A stretch of 64,000 bases of DNA from an uncultured archaeon (GCA_963810275.1 CAWENF010000021.1:32001-96000); one strand, 5' to 3'. Positions 1 to 10,232 are shown, numbered from the stretch's first letter. Translations and numbers: made by a program. Notes: generated by a model from the sequence alone, not told the origin.

Positions 1-592
1 TGTTGTGCTTTGCATTGACAATAACCAGAACAGCCTGATAGACTTCAAAGCTAAGACCGCCTCTCTCTCAGAGGAATTCCAAGAAGCAATTAGAGCCGGC
101 TTCAAATACGCCTGCAAAGGGGGTCCACTTTGTGGGGAACCTATGCGCCATGTCAGAGCCAATCTAATTGACCTCGAAGTCGCAGCTGGGGCAGGCGGCT
201 CTGAAGTCATGCACGGGATCGGCAAAGCTATTTTTGGCAGCTTCTTAACTGCGGAACCCGCTCTTCAGGAACCAATATACAAAATCGAAGTTACAGTCAC
301 CTCAGAGTTGGCAGGCGAATCCAACCGCATGCTTAAAACTCGGCGAGGGAAAGTCTCTCAGTTTCTCCAAAAGGGACAGCTAACCCATATTACAGGTTAC
401 ATTCCCGTCGCCGAAACTTTTGGGTTCTCTAAGGAGCTGCGTTCCGCTACGTCGGGGCGGGCGGTTTGGCAATCGTTTTTTGACCACTGGCAAAAGCTTC
501 CAAATAGGCTTTCCGCTGAAGTTATTTTTGAACTGCGCAACCGCAAAGGTTTAGCATCGGATGTGCCTAAGCCTGAAAAGTTCATGGAGTAA
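1..592 (+). CDS. Elongation factor 2 paralog (aEF-2p-like), C-terminal part, 5'-truncated by the window edge
   Basis: EF-2 domain IV/V motifs GPLCGEP, EPIYKIEV, IPVAETFGFSKELRSATSGRA, RKGL. The diphthamide HRG motif is absent. Confidence 0.85.
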   Translation, partial: VVLCIDNNQNSLIDFKAKTASLSEEFQEAIRAGFKYACKGGPLCGEPMRHVRANLIDLEVAAGAGGSEVMHGIGKAIFGSFLTAEPALQEPIYKIEVTVTSELAGESNRMLKTRRGKVSQFLQKGQLTHITGYIPVAETFGFSKELRSATSGRAVWQSFFDHWQKLPNRLSAEVIFELRNRKGLASDVPKPEKFME

Positions 593-597
593 CGGCT

Positions 598-1458
598 ATG
601 AGACTATCTGTTTCTTTTAACTTAGATTTTTCGCTTTGCTGCGGTCAGGTATTCCGCTGGAAGAAGATTGATGGCTGGTGGTATGGGGTCGTCGGCGATA
701 AAGTGGTTAAAATTCGCCAGTGCGGCAAGGAATTAGAGTTTGTAGGTGCAGATGAGGATTTTGTGCGGAGCTACTTTGGATTAGACGATGATTTAGAAGC
801 AATCAGCATGAGCGTTAACAAAGATTCCTATATTGCGGCAGCGTTAGAGAGGTTTAGGGGACTTAGGCTGGTGCGTCAAGACCCATGGGCTTGCCTTGTC
901 GGTTTTATTTGTTCCACTAACAAAAATATCGCCGCCATAGAGGATATGCTGCGTAAAATGTCTATACGTTACGGCGAGAAACGTTGCTTTAGCGGTAAAA
1001 CATTTTACCTGTTCCCTACTGCTGAAGCGTTGGCTAAGGTTTCTGAGTCGGAGTTGTTGGGGTGCAGTTTAGGTTATCGCGCTAAATTCGTCCATCAAAC
1101 CGCCAGAAAGGTTGTTGAAGAAAAAATCAATCTTAATGCTCTAAAAACTGCGGCATATCTTGAGGCACGCGAAAAGCTACTGGAGTTCTGCGGCGTGGGG
1201 CCTAAAGTGGCGGATTGTGTTTTGCTATTTTCTCTGGGTAAAACTGAAGCGTTCCCTGTAGACGTATGGGTTAAACGCGTCATCCTCAACCACTATGCGG
1301 ACAAGTTTTCAACTGAATCCGTACGCAAGATGCAGAGCCACAACTCACTCTCAAATGGTGAGTACCAGAAAATCGGAGACTTTGCACGTACCTATTTTGG
1401 GAAATACGCTGGCTACGCACAAGAATACCTCTATCACTATGAGCGAACGCAAACTTAA
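598..1458 (+). CDS. ogg: 8-oxoguanine DNA glycosylase (OGG1-type, HhH-GPD)
   Basis: CGQVFRW N-terminus, HhH GVGPKVADC, FPVDVW, YAGYAQEYLY. Confidence 0.9.
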   Translation: MRLSVSFNLDFSLCCGQVFRWKKIDGWWYGVVGDKVVKIRQCGKELEFVGADEDFVRSYFGLDDDLEAISMSVNKDSYIAAALERFRGLRLVRQDPWACLVGFICSTNKNIAAIEDMLRKMSIRYGEKRCFSGKTFYLFPTAEALAKVSESELLGCSLGYRAKFVHQTARKVVEEKINLNALKTAAYLEAREKLLEFCGVGPKVADCVLLFSLGKTEAFPVDVWVKRVILNHYADKFSTESVRKMQSHNSLSNGEYQKIGDFARTYFGKYAGYAQEYLYHYERTQT

Positions 1459-1485
1459 AATGGCGTCGTCCAGCAATACCTGACG

Positions 1486-1749
1486 GTGGTTAAGTTGATG
1501 AGTGAAGGGAAAATTGACGAGTTAATCAGGCATAAACGGGTGTTTCTTCGGCAATCCAAGCCGGATTACGCTGCTGGTGGCGGCGACATGCTTGACGATT
1601 TGGAGGCAATGTTGATGGATGCAAAAAATGAGTTGTTGCACAATTTGGAGCTTGCTAGTTGCCTGAAAGAGGAAAACGAAGAGACTTACCAAAAAGAATG
1701 CTCATCCATGTATGCGGTTTGGTTTGAGAAGTGGTTTGGTAAAGTTTGA
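1486..1749 (+). CDS. Hypothetical protein
   Basis: 87-aa ORF directly following ogg; no recognisable motif. Confidence 0.55.
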   Translation: MVKLMSEGKIDELIRHKRVFLRQSKPDYAAGGGDMLDDLEAMLMDAKNELLHNLELASCLKEENEETYQKECSSMYAVWFEKWFGKV

Positions 1750-2061
1750 CCGCTTTTTTGTTTTCTATTTAGGAAGAAGAGGAACGTTGCCGTGCACTTC
1801 AGCTTCTCTGTATTTAAGAAAAGCTTCTTAGTTTCCGCGCTTGCTAATCGTTGAGTGCATATTGAGGCAGCTTCTACACAAGCAAAACTGCTATTCCCGC
1901 GTTTAACATTGTCATACATGAGTTTTTGATAGGTTGCTTTTAAAGTCCGCACCAGAACAGCCTTGTCAATATTTCTATACTAAGAACATAAATGTAAGTC
2001 AAGAAAGTTTGACAAAAAATCTTTTAAACAAAAATCAATCCCACAAAAGTTTGATGACAAA

Positions 2062-2259
2062 ATGAAAAAAGCCATCCTCCTATTTACTTTACTGGTGCTC
2101 TTGACCACTGCCCTGCTTTTGCTTATCTCATCGGTTTTATCTTCCTGCAATACTCCATCGCCGTTTCTGATAGCAGCCACCATAGTCTCCGTCGTAGCAT
2201 TGTCCGGTGCGTTTTTCTCACTCTATACTGAGCATAGAGTAAAAAATAGGATAGATTAG
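2062..2259 (+). CDS. Small two-TM membrane protein
   Basis: ATG start and two hydrophobic segments. Confidence 0.5.
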   Translation: MKKAILLFTLLVLLTTALLLLISSVLSSCNTPSPFLIAATIVSVVALSGAFFSLYTEHRVKNRID

Positions 2260-2290
2260 GCTCTAACTAAAAATAGGAAAAAGAGTTTAT

Positions 2291-2572
2291 TTACTCTTTG
2301 CACGTTTTCAGATTACGCAGCTCTTCAAGTGTATGGTTTAGGATGGCGGTATCACTGATGGTTTTAACGTCACCGACGGGCAAGCACACGACAACTTTTC
2401 CAAGATACGGGTGCTTAAAGCCCAAAGCGTTTGTGGCTTCCTCGCTTAAAGTGATAAACAGGCTTGTAACCTGCCAAGTATCCATGTTGAGGTCGGCGCT
2501 GTGGATTTCTCCCAGCAAGAAATTGTCTGAGGTGTAGGCTTTTTTCCAGAAAAGACGGGTGATTTCAACCAT
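2291..2572 (-). CDS. PRC-barrel domain protein
   Basis: KKAYTSDNFLLGEI...WQVTSL...LPVGDVKTISDTAIL PRC-barrel pattern. Confidence 0.7.
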   Translation of the reverse strand: MVEITRLFWKKAYTSDNFLLGEIHSADLNMDTWQVTSLFITLSEEATNALGFKHPYLGKVVVCLPVGDVKTISDTAILNHTLEELRNLKTCKE

Positions 2573-2829
2573 AAAGTAACCTTCTATATGAAAAGATGCG
2601 GGCGGGTTCTTATATCTGTTTTTTTGTCTTTGCTGTTTTTTTCTCTATCTGACGAATTCTTCGGCACCGTAAGATTGATTACTTCTGCAAACTGCTCTTT
2701 AGGATTCAGACTGCTTTTCCCGATAAGGTGTAGGTGCAGAGTTTTCTTGCACAAATTAACATGACCTCACTGCAGATTAGATGATGTTGTTTTTAGAAGC
2801 CTTTTTTATACTCAAGCAACATTGTTTCA

Positions 2830-3219
2830 ATGGTGCATTTTTTGTCTGCTTCTCAAAGCCAAAATCCAAAACTAACCCCTGAAGAAGAAAAAGTAATCAT
2901 ACATAAAGGCACTGAGATACCCTTTACAGGCAAATACTACGCTTTCTGGGATAAGGGCACCTACGTTTGTAGGCGATGTGGCGCCAAACTCTACAGATCC
3001 GAGAACAAGTTTGATGCGGGCTGTGGCTGGCCGAGTTTTGATGACGAAATTCCAGGCGCAGTCAAGCGCATTCCGGACGCTGACGGTGTTCGCACGGAAA
3101 TTCAGTGTACTAACTGCGGCGCCCACCTAGGACACGTCTTTACAGGCGAGCGTTTCACAGAGAAAAATACGAGGCACTGCGTAAACTCGATCTCTATGCA
3201 ATTCATCCCTGATATGTAA
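2830..3219 (+). CDS. msrB: Peptide-methionine (R)-S-oxide reductase
   Basis: GTEIPF, CRRC, GCGWPSF, CGAHLGHVF, RHCVNS. Confidence 0.95.
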   Translation: MVHFLSASQSQNPKLTPEEEKVIIHKGTEIPFTGKYYAFWDKGTYVCRRCGAKLYRSENKFDAGCGWPSFDDEIPGAVKRIPDADGVRTEIQCTNCGAHLGHVFTGERFTEKNTRHCVNSISMQFIPDM

Positions 3220-3257
3220 GGGGCAAGTAATTAGCACATTCAACCCAATAAATCGCT

Positions 3258-3602
3258 GTGATGAGTATGTCAAAAAATAATGTTAGTTTATTATCAAACG
3301 CCGCTAGCCTCTCAGAACTGGTTGCGTATCAGGAGGACTCAGTGGTCAGCCGCACCCTCATAGACAAAAACGCAGGCTCCGTTACGCTGTTTGCGTTTGA
3401 TGCGGGTCAAGGACTTAGCGAACACACTGCACCCTACGACGCCATGGTCTACATATTTGATGGAGAGGCACAGGTTACGATCGCAGGAACACCCCTCAAT
3501 CTCAAAGCAGGCGACGCCACCATCATGCCCGCAAACAAGCCTCACGCACTAACAGCAAAGAACCGTTTCAAAATGCTGCTGATTATGATAAAATCAGCCT
3601 AA
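3258..3602 (+). CDS. Cupin domain protein
   Basis: FDAGQGLSEHTAP...GDATIMPANKPHAL. Confidence 0.85.
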   Translation: MMSMSKNNVSLLSNAASLSELVAYQEDSVVSRTLIDKNAGSVTLFAFDAGQGLSEHTAPYDAMVYIFDGEAQVTIAGTPLNLKAGDATIMPANKPHALTAKNRFKMLLIMIKSA

Positions 3603-4220
3603 ACCGCTACCCCAACCGTCAAAGTAACAGAAGTCTTCTAAAGTTTTTTTCTTTGGAGGATGCGGCTTCTCAGCAGCGTAACCCAACACTACAAACGCCT
3701 GCGGCTCCACTCCCTTGGGTATTTTTAAGTTTTCGCGGACGACTTCTTTGCAGAAGCAAGGGGCCGCATACCAACAGCCGCCTAACCCTATCTCTGTTGC
3801 CATTAAAAACAGGTTTTCCAATGCGGCCCCCAAGCTCTGCACTGCCAAATCCCGCACGCAACTTCGGCGCCGCTCGTCGGGATAGATGGGTAAGCCTTCG
3901 ACGGGTGTAGTGCAAGCCAGGATGAGGACGGGTGCTTTTGCGAAGCGACCGGCACGTTCTTTGCGTGTTTCTGGGGTGACAGTTTTGCCGTCGCTTTCTA
4001 TGTCTGCAGCCCATGCTTGCGCCATTTCGTGTGCAAGCTGCTGCTTAACCGCAGGGTTTTCCAATATTATGAATCTGTAAGATTGGGCGTTGTGGGCAGA
4101 TGGAGCTTGTCCCGCCGCCTCCAAAACCGCCAAAACCATTTCTCTGGAGACATGTTTAGACTTGTATTTGCGGATGCTGCGACGCTGACGTATCGCTTCC
4201 TTTAAACTGGCCATATTCAT
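3594..4220 (-). CDS. Nitroreductase family protein (FbiB C-terminal-like)
   Basis: RRSIRKY, APSAHNAQ, GLGGCW. Confidence 0.85.
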   Translation of the reverse strand: MNMASLKEAIRQRRSIRKYKSKHVSREMVLAVLEAAGQAPSAHNAQSYRFIILENPAVKQQLAHEMAQAWAADIESDGKTVTPETRKERAGRFAKAPVLILACTTPVEGLPIYPDERRRSCVRDLAVQSLGAALENLFLMATEIGLGGCWYAAPCFCKEVVRENLKIPKGVEPQAFVVLGYAAEKPHPPKKKTLEDFCYFDGWGSGLG

Positions 4221-4244
4221 AGAAAAGAAAAGTATTGTTTTAAA

Positions 4245-5273
4245 TTATTCGGGGTTGGGCTGCAAAATCACTTTGAGGCTGTTGCCTGCTTCCGTCATCA
4301 ACCTGAATCCTTCCTGCGCTTGCCTAAGAGGCAATCGATGTGTAATCATGTCCGAGACATTGATTTTATCCGTTGTCAAAATTTGCAGGGAGTCTTTAAT
4401 GTCGTTGGGCGCGGCGCCATAGCTTGTGCGCATCGTGATTTCGTTTCGCCAGAACTGGTTAATTGGCACCTGAAGTTTGACTGATGGATCGGGCACAGCA
4501 AAGAACAAAATCGTGCCACCGCTTTCTACGCAATCCATTGACACCATTGCTGCTGAGATTGCGCCCGTGCACACGATAACTTGATCTGCAAGATGCCCGT
4601 CGAGGGCTTCTTTTAGTTTGGTTGGCAGGTTATCACGAGCGTCAAGCGCGCATGTTGCACCGAATTTCTTTGCCAGGTCCAAACGGTAGGGGTTGATGTC
4701 TGCCACAACAATGTTTTCAACGCCTTTATACTTGGCAAGCTGCACGTGCAAAATGCCGCTAATACCGCCGCCAATGATAAACACACTGTCATCTTTTTTT
4801 ATCCCAGAAAGACGTTGCCCACGTGAAACGCACGCCAACGGCTCAATAAACGTGCCCTCCTCAAAGCTCATAGAGTCGGGGAGCGTGTAGATGCCGGACT
4901 GTACGTTAATTTTTGGCACCAAGACATATTGTGCAAAACCTCCTGGATAGTAGTTGGTTGTATGAAGGGTATGGCAGGCGGTTTGGTTGGCTCGCTGGCA
5001 GTGGCGACACTCGAAGCAGGGGACGTGGTGGCTGACAAATACGCGGTCGCCCACTTTGTAATCCTTGACTTTGTCGCCGACTTGCGTGATAACACCTGTG
5101 GCTTCGTGCCCAAGCACACGCGGGGCTTTGGGCACTCGGTACCATTCAATTACGTCGCTGCCGCATATTCCGCTCGCCATTACCTTAAGCAGAACTTCTT
5201 CCTCGCCTGCCCTCGGAATGGGAAGTTCCTCAACTCGAATGTCGTGGTTATTGTAGTAAAAAGCAGCTAACAT
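4245..5273 (-). CDS. Zinc-dependent alcohol/polyol dehydrogenase (MDR family)
   Basis: GICGSD, GHE, CFECRHC...C, GGGISG. The ATG at 5273 is the probable start. Confidence 0.9.
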   Translation of the reverse strand: MLAAFYYNNHDIRVEELPIPRAGEEEVLLKVMASGICGSDVIEWYRVPKAPRVLGHEATGVITQVGDKVKDYKVGDRVFVSHHVPCFECRHCQRANQTACHTLHTTNYYPGGFAQYVLVPKINVQSGIYTLPDSMSFEEGTFIEPLACVSRGQRLSGIKKDDSVFIIGGGISGILHVQLAKYKGVENIVVADINPYRLDLAKKFGATCALDARDNLPTKLKEALDGHLADQVIVCTGAISAAMVSMDCVESGGTILFFAVPDPSVKLQVPINQFWRNEITMRTSYGAAPNDIKDSLQILTTDKINVSDMITHRLPLRQAQEGFRLMTEAGNSLKVILQPNPE

Positions 5274-5298
5274 AAAAAAGCTCCAAAAAATGGTGGGC

Positions 5299-6096
5299 TT
5301 AGGCTTTGCCCGCAATTACCTCGTTGTAAAGGTCTTCTGCTTCCGCCGCCGTGTAGCCGTCGTGGATTATGGCTCTTATGGCTCGGATAGAAGCGACGGG
5401 GTACTCGGTTTGCCAGATGTTTCTGCCCAAGTTAACGCCTGCAGCGCCCTTCTGCATACCGTCATAGACGAAGTCGAAAACTTCTCGCTGCGTATCGGCG
5501 CGAGGTCCACCAGCGATGACAATGGGGACGGGGCAGCCGTTGACGACTTTCTCAAAATTTTCTTTACAATAGTAGGTTTTGACGACACGAGCACCGATTT
5601 CAGCTGCTATTCGGGCGGACAATGCTAGGTAGCGGGCTTCACGTTTTTCAAGTTCTTTGCCTACTGCGCAGACTGCCATGACCGGGACGCCGTAGTCTTC
5701 ACATTCGTCAATTAATGTGGAAAGGTTGGTAAGGGATTTGTTTTCGTATTTGCTGCCGACAAACACAGACATTGAAACAGCGGAGGCGTTTAATCGGACG
5801 ATTTCTTTGATCGAAGTGACTAAAGATTCGTTTGCCAAATCCTCACCCACAACCGAAACAGCACCAGAGACCCGCATTATAATAGGCTTCTCAATCGCTG
5901 GGTCAACACAGTTCCGCAAAACCCCACGGGTCAGCATGACTGCGTCAGCGTACTGGTAAATCTGTTTGATGGTTTCTCCAGGTTTCTCAAGGCATCGAGT
6001 GGGTCCTTGGAAGTAGCCATGGTCAATAGGTAAAAAGAGGGCTTTTCCATCTTTTTGGAAAAGCCTGTTTAGGCGGTTTTTCATTCCCCAATCCAT
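5299..6096 (-). CDS. lsrF: LsrF-like class I aldolase/thiolase
   Basis: MDWGMKNRL, DHGYFQGP, VKTYY, IAGG, GRNIWQ. Confidence 0.85.
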   Translation of the reverse strand: MDWGMKNRLNRLFQKDGKALFLPIDHGYFQGPTRCLEKPGETIKQIYQYADAVMLTRGVLRNCVDPAIEKPIIMRVSGAVSVVGEDLANESLVTSIKEIVRLNASAVSMSVFVGSKYENKSLTNLSTLIDECEDYGVPVMAVCAVGKELEKREARYLALSARIAAEIGARVVKTYYCKENFEKVVNGCPVPIVIAGGPRADTQREVFDFVYDGMQKGAAGVNLGRNIWQTEYPVASIRAIRAIIHDGYTAAEAEDLYNEVIAGKA

Positions 6097-6309
6097 AAGT
6101 GTTTCCTCGCATGTGCTGTTGGTTTAGGGTGTAAATAACTTTATCCTATCAGACTGAGAAAAGCTATGCAACGATAATAGAGCGCAGAGTAGAAAGACCC
6201 TCAATGAAGTGAACGTCCATCCATTTTTTATGATTTATTATGAGCGTATCACAACCAAATTTATATTGTATCAATCACTAATATAGCAAAACAACCAAAA
6301 AGTGAAAAC

Positions 6310-6462
6310 ATGCATAAATGTTCAGAATGTAAAACCCAGATGGAATTTAAGGGCGAAATCAGCCATGAGGATGGTCTCTTTTTCTATCAATGTCCCAACT
6401 GTAAAAATGTCGAGTTACGGGAAAGGCAATACGAAGGCGACCTAAAAATGAGCTACCACTAA
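6310..6462 (+). CDS. Small zinc-ribbon protein (50 aa, not in ORF track)
   Basis: Translated by hand: MHKCSECKTQM...YQCPNCKNVE, two CxxC motifs. Confidence 0.7.
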   Translation: MHKCSECKTQMEFKGEISHEDGLFFYQCPNCKNVELRERQYEGDLKMSYH

Positions 6463-6737
6463 CCGGGCAAGGTAACCACACCAATGAGCAACACGTTTTA
6501 GGGCTAAATTTTTTGTTTTAAACCCTACAGCGGTAAAACAAGCCCATTTTAAATATGCATATTCCGCTGTTGCATACAAGGTATAATCAAGTTAGAAATC
6601 TGTTGATTGCCTACTTTTAAGTGGGTTAAAAATACCGGCCTATGGAATATACTCATCGGGACTAATAACACTGCAAAAAACCATTCCCTTAGGTAATAAG
6701 CTCAAAGTTGATTTCGCTTAATCCGAAGATGTCTAAA

Positions 6738-6911
6738 CTATTTTTTGCGTGAAAGTAACGCAGCGGCTATTATACCCAAGCCTAAGCCAGTCATCAGTGA
6801 CCCGACGAAGTATAGAGTCGATAGAGGTAGGAGAAAGAATCCCACGCCTAAGCCAACTACTACGCCACCGCCAATGGCCCATGTGCTTCTATCTTCTTTT
6901 TTAAAGGTCAT
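6738..6911 (-). CDS. Small glycine-rich two-TM membrane protein (57 aa, not in ORF track)
   Basis: MTFKKEDRSTWAIGGGVVVGLGVGFFLL...GLGLGIIAAALLSRKK. Confidence 0.65.
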   Translation of the reverse strand: MTFKKEDRSTWAIGGGVVVGLGVGFFLLPLSTLYFVGSLMTGLGLGIIAAALLSRKK

Positions 6912-7043
6912 AGGAATTAAATCACTTTTTTACTATTTAAATTTATATTTCTTCAAAAATATACTAAATAGAGACGTTAGATATATTAAATTTGAATAAT
7001 AAATACACTAATTAAACAAATAATAAACCAGTGAAATCAAGGT

Positions 7044-7721
7044 ATGAATAACTATAGAAGAACCGCAATAATAGTTGGAATATTATTTATCATAGGCACC
7101 ATTGTACTAATCTCCAGCGGAGTCTTCTCAGAATCCATCCACGCCCCAGACTACCTAAACACTGTAGCGGCAAACCAAAACAGCATAAAAACCGCTGTGT
7201 TAATCGAGTTAATTTCCGCCGCGGCCATAGTAGGAATCCCCATCGCACTGTACCCTATTCTAAAGAAGTACAGCCAAACCTTAGCCGTTGGATACCTAAC
7301 GGCAAGAATATTTGAAGTTATCTTTTTAGTTGCAGGAACAGTCATCCTATTAACAATCTTATCCTTAAGCCAGGAATACATTGTAACAACTAGCACATCC
7401 ACTTTTTACAGTGGAGCCGGCGTATTGCTACTAGCAGCCAGAGACTGGTGCGGCATACTCTTAGATTTCCCCTTCGCTATAGGCGCAGTAATCTTGAACT
7501 ATGTCTTCTACAAGACACTGCTTATACCAAAGTGGTTCTCCGTTTGGGGCATCTTCGGAGGTGCATTATGGTTAGCCATAGCGCCCCTTCGGTTATTCGG
7601 AGTAGATAACATTATGATTGAGGTTTTAGCGCTTCCCATAGCAGCTCAAGAAATGGCGCTTGCCGTTTGGCTAATAGTAAAAGGATTTAGGACAGTGACA
7701 AACCATGAACCCAGTACTTGA
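7044..7721 (+). CDS. DUF4386 family membrane protein
   Basis: RRTAIIVGILFII, LYPILKK, EMALAVWLIVKGF. Confidence 0.75.
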   Translation: MNNYRRTAIIVGILFIIGTIVLISSGVFSESIHAPDYLNTVAANQNSIKTAVLIELISAAAIVGIPIALYPILKKYSQTLAVGYLTARIFEVIFLVAGTVILLTILSLSQEYIVTTSTSTFYSGAGVLLLAARDWCGILLDFPFAIGAVILNYVFYKTLLIPKWFSVWGIFGGALWLAIAPLRLFGVDNIMIEVLALPIAAQEMALAVWLIVKGFRTVTNHEPST

Positions 7722-8316
7722 AGCAATAAACAACCGAAAGTCCGTCAGGGCTTACGAATCAACTCCAATCCCCCATGAGGTAGTAGAAAAAATAATAGAA
7801 GCAGCCAACCAAGCACCATATACTTCAATGACGCGTTCGCAACCGTGGCGTTTCGCAGTAGTAGAAGACAAAGAGTTCAAGCAGAAACTACTCCAAACCG
7901 CTATGCCGTTTTGGAAACAAATGATTGAACCCATGAAAGACAACGTACCAGAAATGTACAAGATGGCTACTTGCATCTACGACGCCATAGACGAACCCAA
8001 AGACGTAATCTACTACAACGCACCAACCATCCTATTCGTAGTCGGACCCGCAGACAACCCGTTTAGCAGCGTTCTTGCATGCGAAAACGCCATGATAGCG
8101 GCGGAATCGCTAGGGCTTGGGAGCTGCTACGTTGGCTTTGGTGGAATGGTGAAAGGCAACCCCGAAGTCGTCGCAGCCTTGGAACTAAAAGACAACGAAG
8201 CAATATTCGGACCTATACTGCTTGGCTACCCCAAAAAAGATCCTACGCCTAAATTGGCTGAAGCCCTAGCCTCAATTAAACCAATAAAAAAACAACCAGT
8301 CACAAAATGGATCTAG
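7705..8316 (+). CDS. Nitroreductase family protein
   Basis: RKSVRAY, QPWRF, LGLGSCY. Confidence 0.85.
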   Translation: MNPVLEAINNRKSVRAYESTPIPHEVVEKIIEAANQAPYTSMTRSQPWRFAVVEDKEFKQKLLQTAMPFWKQMIEPMKDNVPEMYKMATCIYDAIDEPKDVIYYNAPTILFVVGPADNPFSSVLACENAMIAAESLGLGSCYVGFGGMVKGNPEVVAALELKDNEAIFGPILLGYPKKDPTPKLAEALASIKPIKKQPVTKWI

Positions 8317-8317
8317 T

Positions 8318-8710
8318 ATGTCACAAATTAGCACAGCCGGCAAGGCACTTATTACTGTTCTGCTGTTTCGCTTGCTTTTCGGCGGATACATAGCAGGCAT
8401 GGATCAGTACAGCTTTTATGACACAACAAGCGCTTTAACAGTTCTTTTTATTTATGGGCTACTAGGCGTTTTCGCTATCGTTTTCTTGTTAGGCTCCAGA
8501 GTTGGTTTGCTGGGTATAATCGGCTTAGATAGTGTGTTTTTGGTTTTGCAGGTGGCGTTTATGATGATTTCGCTTGGTCAAATTGCTGACGCTGGACCTC
8601 ATAGCCCTGCTAGCAACATTGAAGCAACAATTTTAATGGTGACTTTTAGCATCTTAACGTTGGCACTCGCCGTAAAAACGTACAAGAAAGAAAAGCAACT
8701 AAAAACTTAA
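8318..8710 (+). CDS. Hypothetical four-TM membrane protein
   Basis: Hydrophobic ORF coupled to the nitroreductase gene. Confidence 0.65.
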   Translation: MSQISTAGKALITVLLFRLLFGGYIAGMDQYSFYDTTSALTVLFIYGLLGVFAIVFLLGSRVGLLGIIGLDSVFLVLQVAFMMISLGQIADAGPHSPASNIEATILMVTFSILTLALAVKTYKKEKQLKT

Positions 8711-8717
8711 ATTAGCC

Positions 8718-9641
8718 CTAAGAAAATAGAATGGGTTGAATCCTCTCAACGTCCTCTTTTGCTTGGGCGTTTAGCGGGTTCAGCTTTATTTCTCCTGCAG
8801 ATCTGACGCCGAACCCTAACTCCGCAGCTTTTTTAATTTGGTCCTGCTCAAAGACCGGTTCAGACCCCACTTTTCCTTTTGCGCCATACATTTTGAGTAT
8901 GGCTACGCCTACTGCGTCTATTGCTACGCGGTCGCGGCTGGCTAAAAGCAGGTTCGGCTCAACAATTTCGCCCTTTTCAGGTCCTTCTGATATGAAAGCT
9001 TTAATGCCGTCCATTAACACTGCGTCTGAGTTGTAGTTGGCGTTGATTTCAGCTATCATCTGGCGCTGGTAAGGCGATCCATGCAGCTCCCACATATAAT
9101 CATAAATACCGCCAGGTACTTTTTTCGCAACCATACCTACAGAGTTTTTCATGGATAATGTGAAGTGACCGCCGAAACGGTGGGTTTTTAGGCAGCAGGT
9201 GTTGATGACTTTGTCGGCGTCTTGGAACACCCTTGAGAGGTAAAAGCCTCGTATCCAGTGGCTGCCTTTGTGTTCGAATTTTAACCAGTCGTCTTTTGGG
9301 ACCTCATTTAAAACTACAACCTTAAAGCCCAACTCTTCGGATAACGATAAAACGCCCATTTGTTCCAGCACTTCACGGGTATTGCCCATACCGCTGCGTT
9401 CAGCCATAATAATTTCGGATGCTCCTGCAGTTTTTATGGTTTCCACAATTGCTCGAAGTGTGTCTAGGTGTGTGGATGCGGGGAAGGGGTCAGCGCTGTT
9501 GTAATTGGCTTTCAGAGCCACGGTTTTAGCGGAGAAATCCTGTATATCGAATTGTTTTAGCAGTTGGGGGATTCCTGTTTTTCGGTCGGTTGTTCTGAGT
9601 AGGTAGACTTCGCTTGTTGGATTTGTCAAAGAATTCGCCAT
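8718..9641 (-). CDS. DUF362 domain protein
   Basis: LKANYN, LKTH...TLSMKN, DRVAIDA. Confidence 0.85.
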   Translation of the reverse strand: MANSLTNPTSEVYLLRTTDRKTGIPQLLKQFDIQDFSAKTVALKANYNSADPFPASTHLDTLRAIVETIKTAGASEIIMAERSGMGNTREVLEQMGVLSLSEELGFKVVVLNEVPKDDWLKFEHKGSHWIRGFYLSRVFQDADKVINTCCLKTHRFGGHFTLSMKNSVGMVAKKVPGGIYDYMWELHGSPYQRQMIAEINANYNSDAVLMDGIKAFISEGPEKGEIVEPNLLLASRDRVAIDAVGVAILKMYGAKGKVGSEPVFEQDQIKKAAELGFGVRSAGEIKLNPLNAQAKEDVERIQPILFS

Positions 9642-9821
9642 AGAAAGTTAGGTTTGGGATGTTATTAGGTTTGTTTGCTACAAGCTGAAGCTACAAAGCA
9701 ATACGTTTGTTTCGGCAACTGGTAGAAAGCATTTTTGGAGACATAGGGTGATGGATAGCAAACATTAGCGGCTGAAACCGCAATCTCTATATTTGCCAAT
9801 GAAACCTTAAAAAAGGCGCAT

Positions 9822-9899
9822 GGGCCCGTGGCTCAGTCAGGCTAGAGCGGAGGACTCTTAATCCTTAGGTCGCGGGTTCAATTCCCGTCGGGCCCGCCA
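9822..9899 (+). tRNA. tRNA-Lys(CTT), CCA encoded
   Basis: Acceptor stem GGGCCCG/CGGGCCC, anticodon arm GAGGA-ctCTTaa-TCCTT, T-loop GGTTCAATTCC. Confidence 0.95.
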
Positions 9900-9906
9900 T
9901 ACCAGT
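9893..9906 (+). repeat. Left copy of 14-bp target-site duplication CCCGCCAtACCAGT (tRNA 3' end)
   Basis: Matches 18245-18258 (CCCGCCAcACCAGT) with one mismatch; extendable to 18 bp (9892-9909 vs 18244-18261). Confidence 0.75.
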
Positions 9907-10214
9907 CACACACAAAACAAAATCAATAGCTGGGTCAAATTCGATTTCCTCACCGTCCTAGACACAATTAACGACCAACAGCTAAGTTCAATTTCTGTCG
10001 CTCTAACTAAGCTATTCACAAACCTCGTTCTATAGTAATGGAATAAACGTATTATCAAAAAGAGGTGTCAAATCTATAATTGCCGATATTTTTTGAATAA
10101 GCATAGATATTAAATGTTTTATGGTTTAGGATCGTTATGAGATCGATTACTATGGATTAACTTAAAATTACGCATTTAGAAAAAGTCTAACTTTTTGAAT
10201 TAGCTAAAACAAAT

Positions 10215-10232
10215 ACACCAGTCACACACACA
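10215..10232 (+). repeat. Internal second copy of the target/left-end junction (ACACCAGT+CACACACACA)
   Basis: ACCAGTCACACACA is identical at 9901-9914 and 10217-10230. Confidence 0.6.

Noticed and set aside
6745-6999. Plus-strand 84-aa ORF from the ORF track
   Set aside because: It is the antisense shadow of a more plausible minus-strand membrane protein at 6738-6911.
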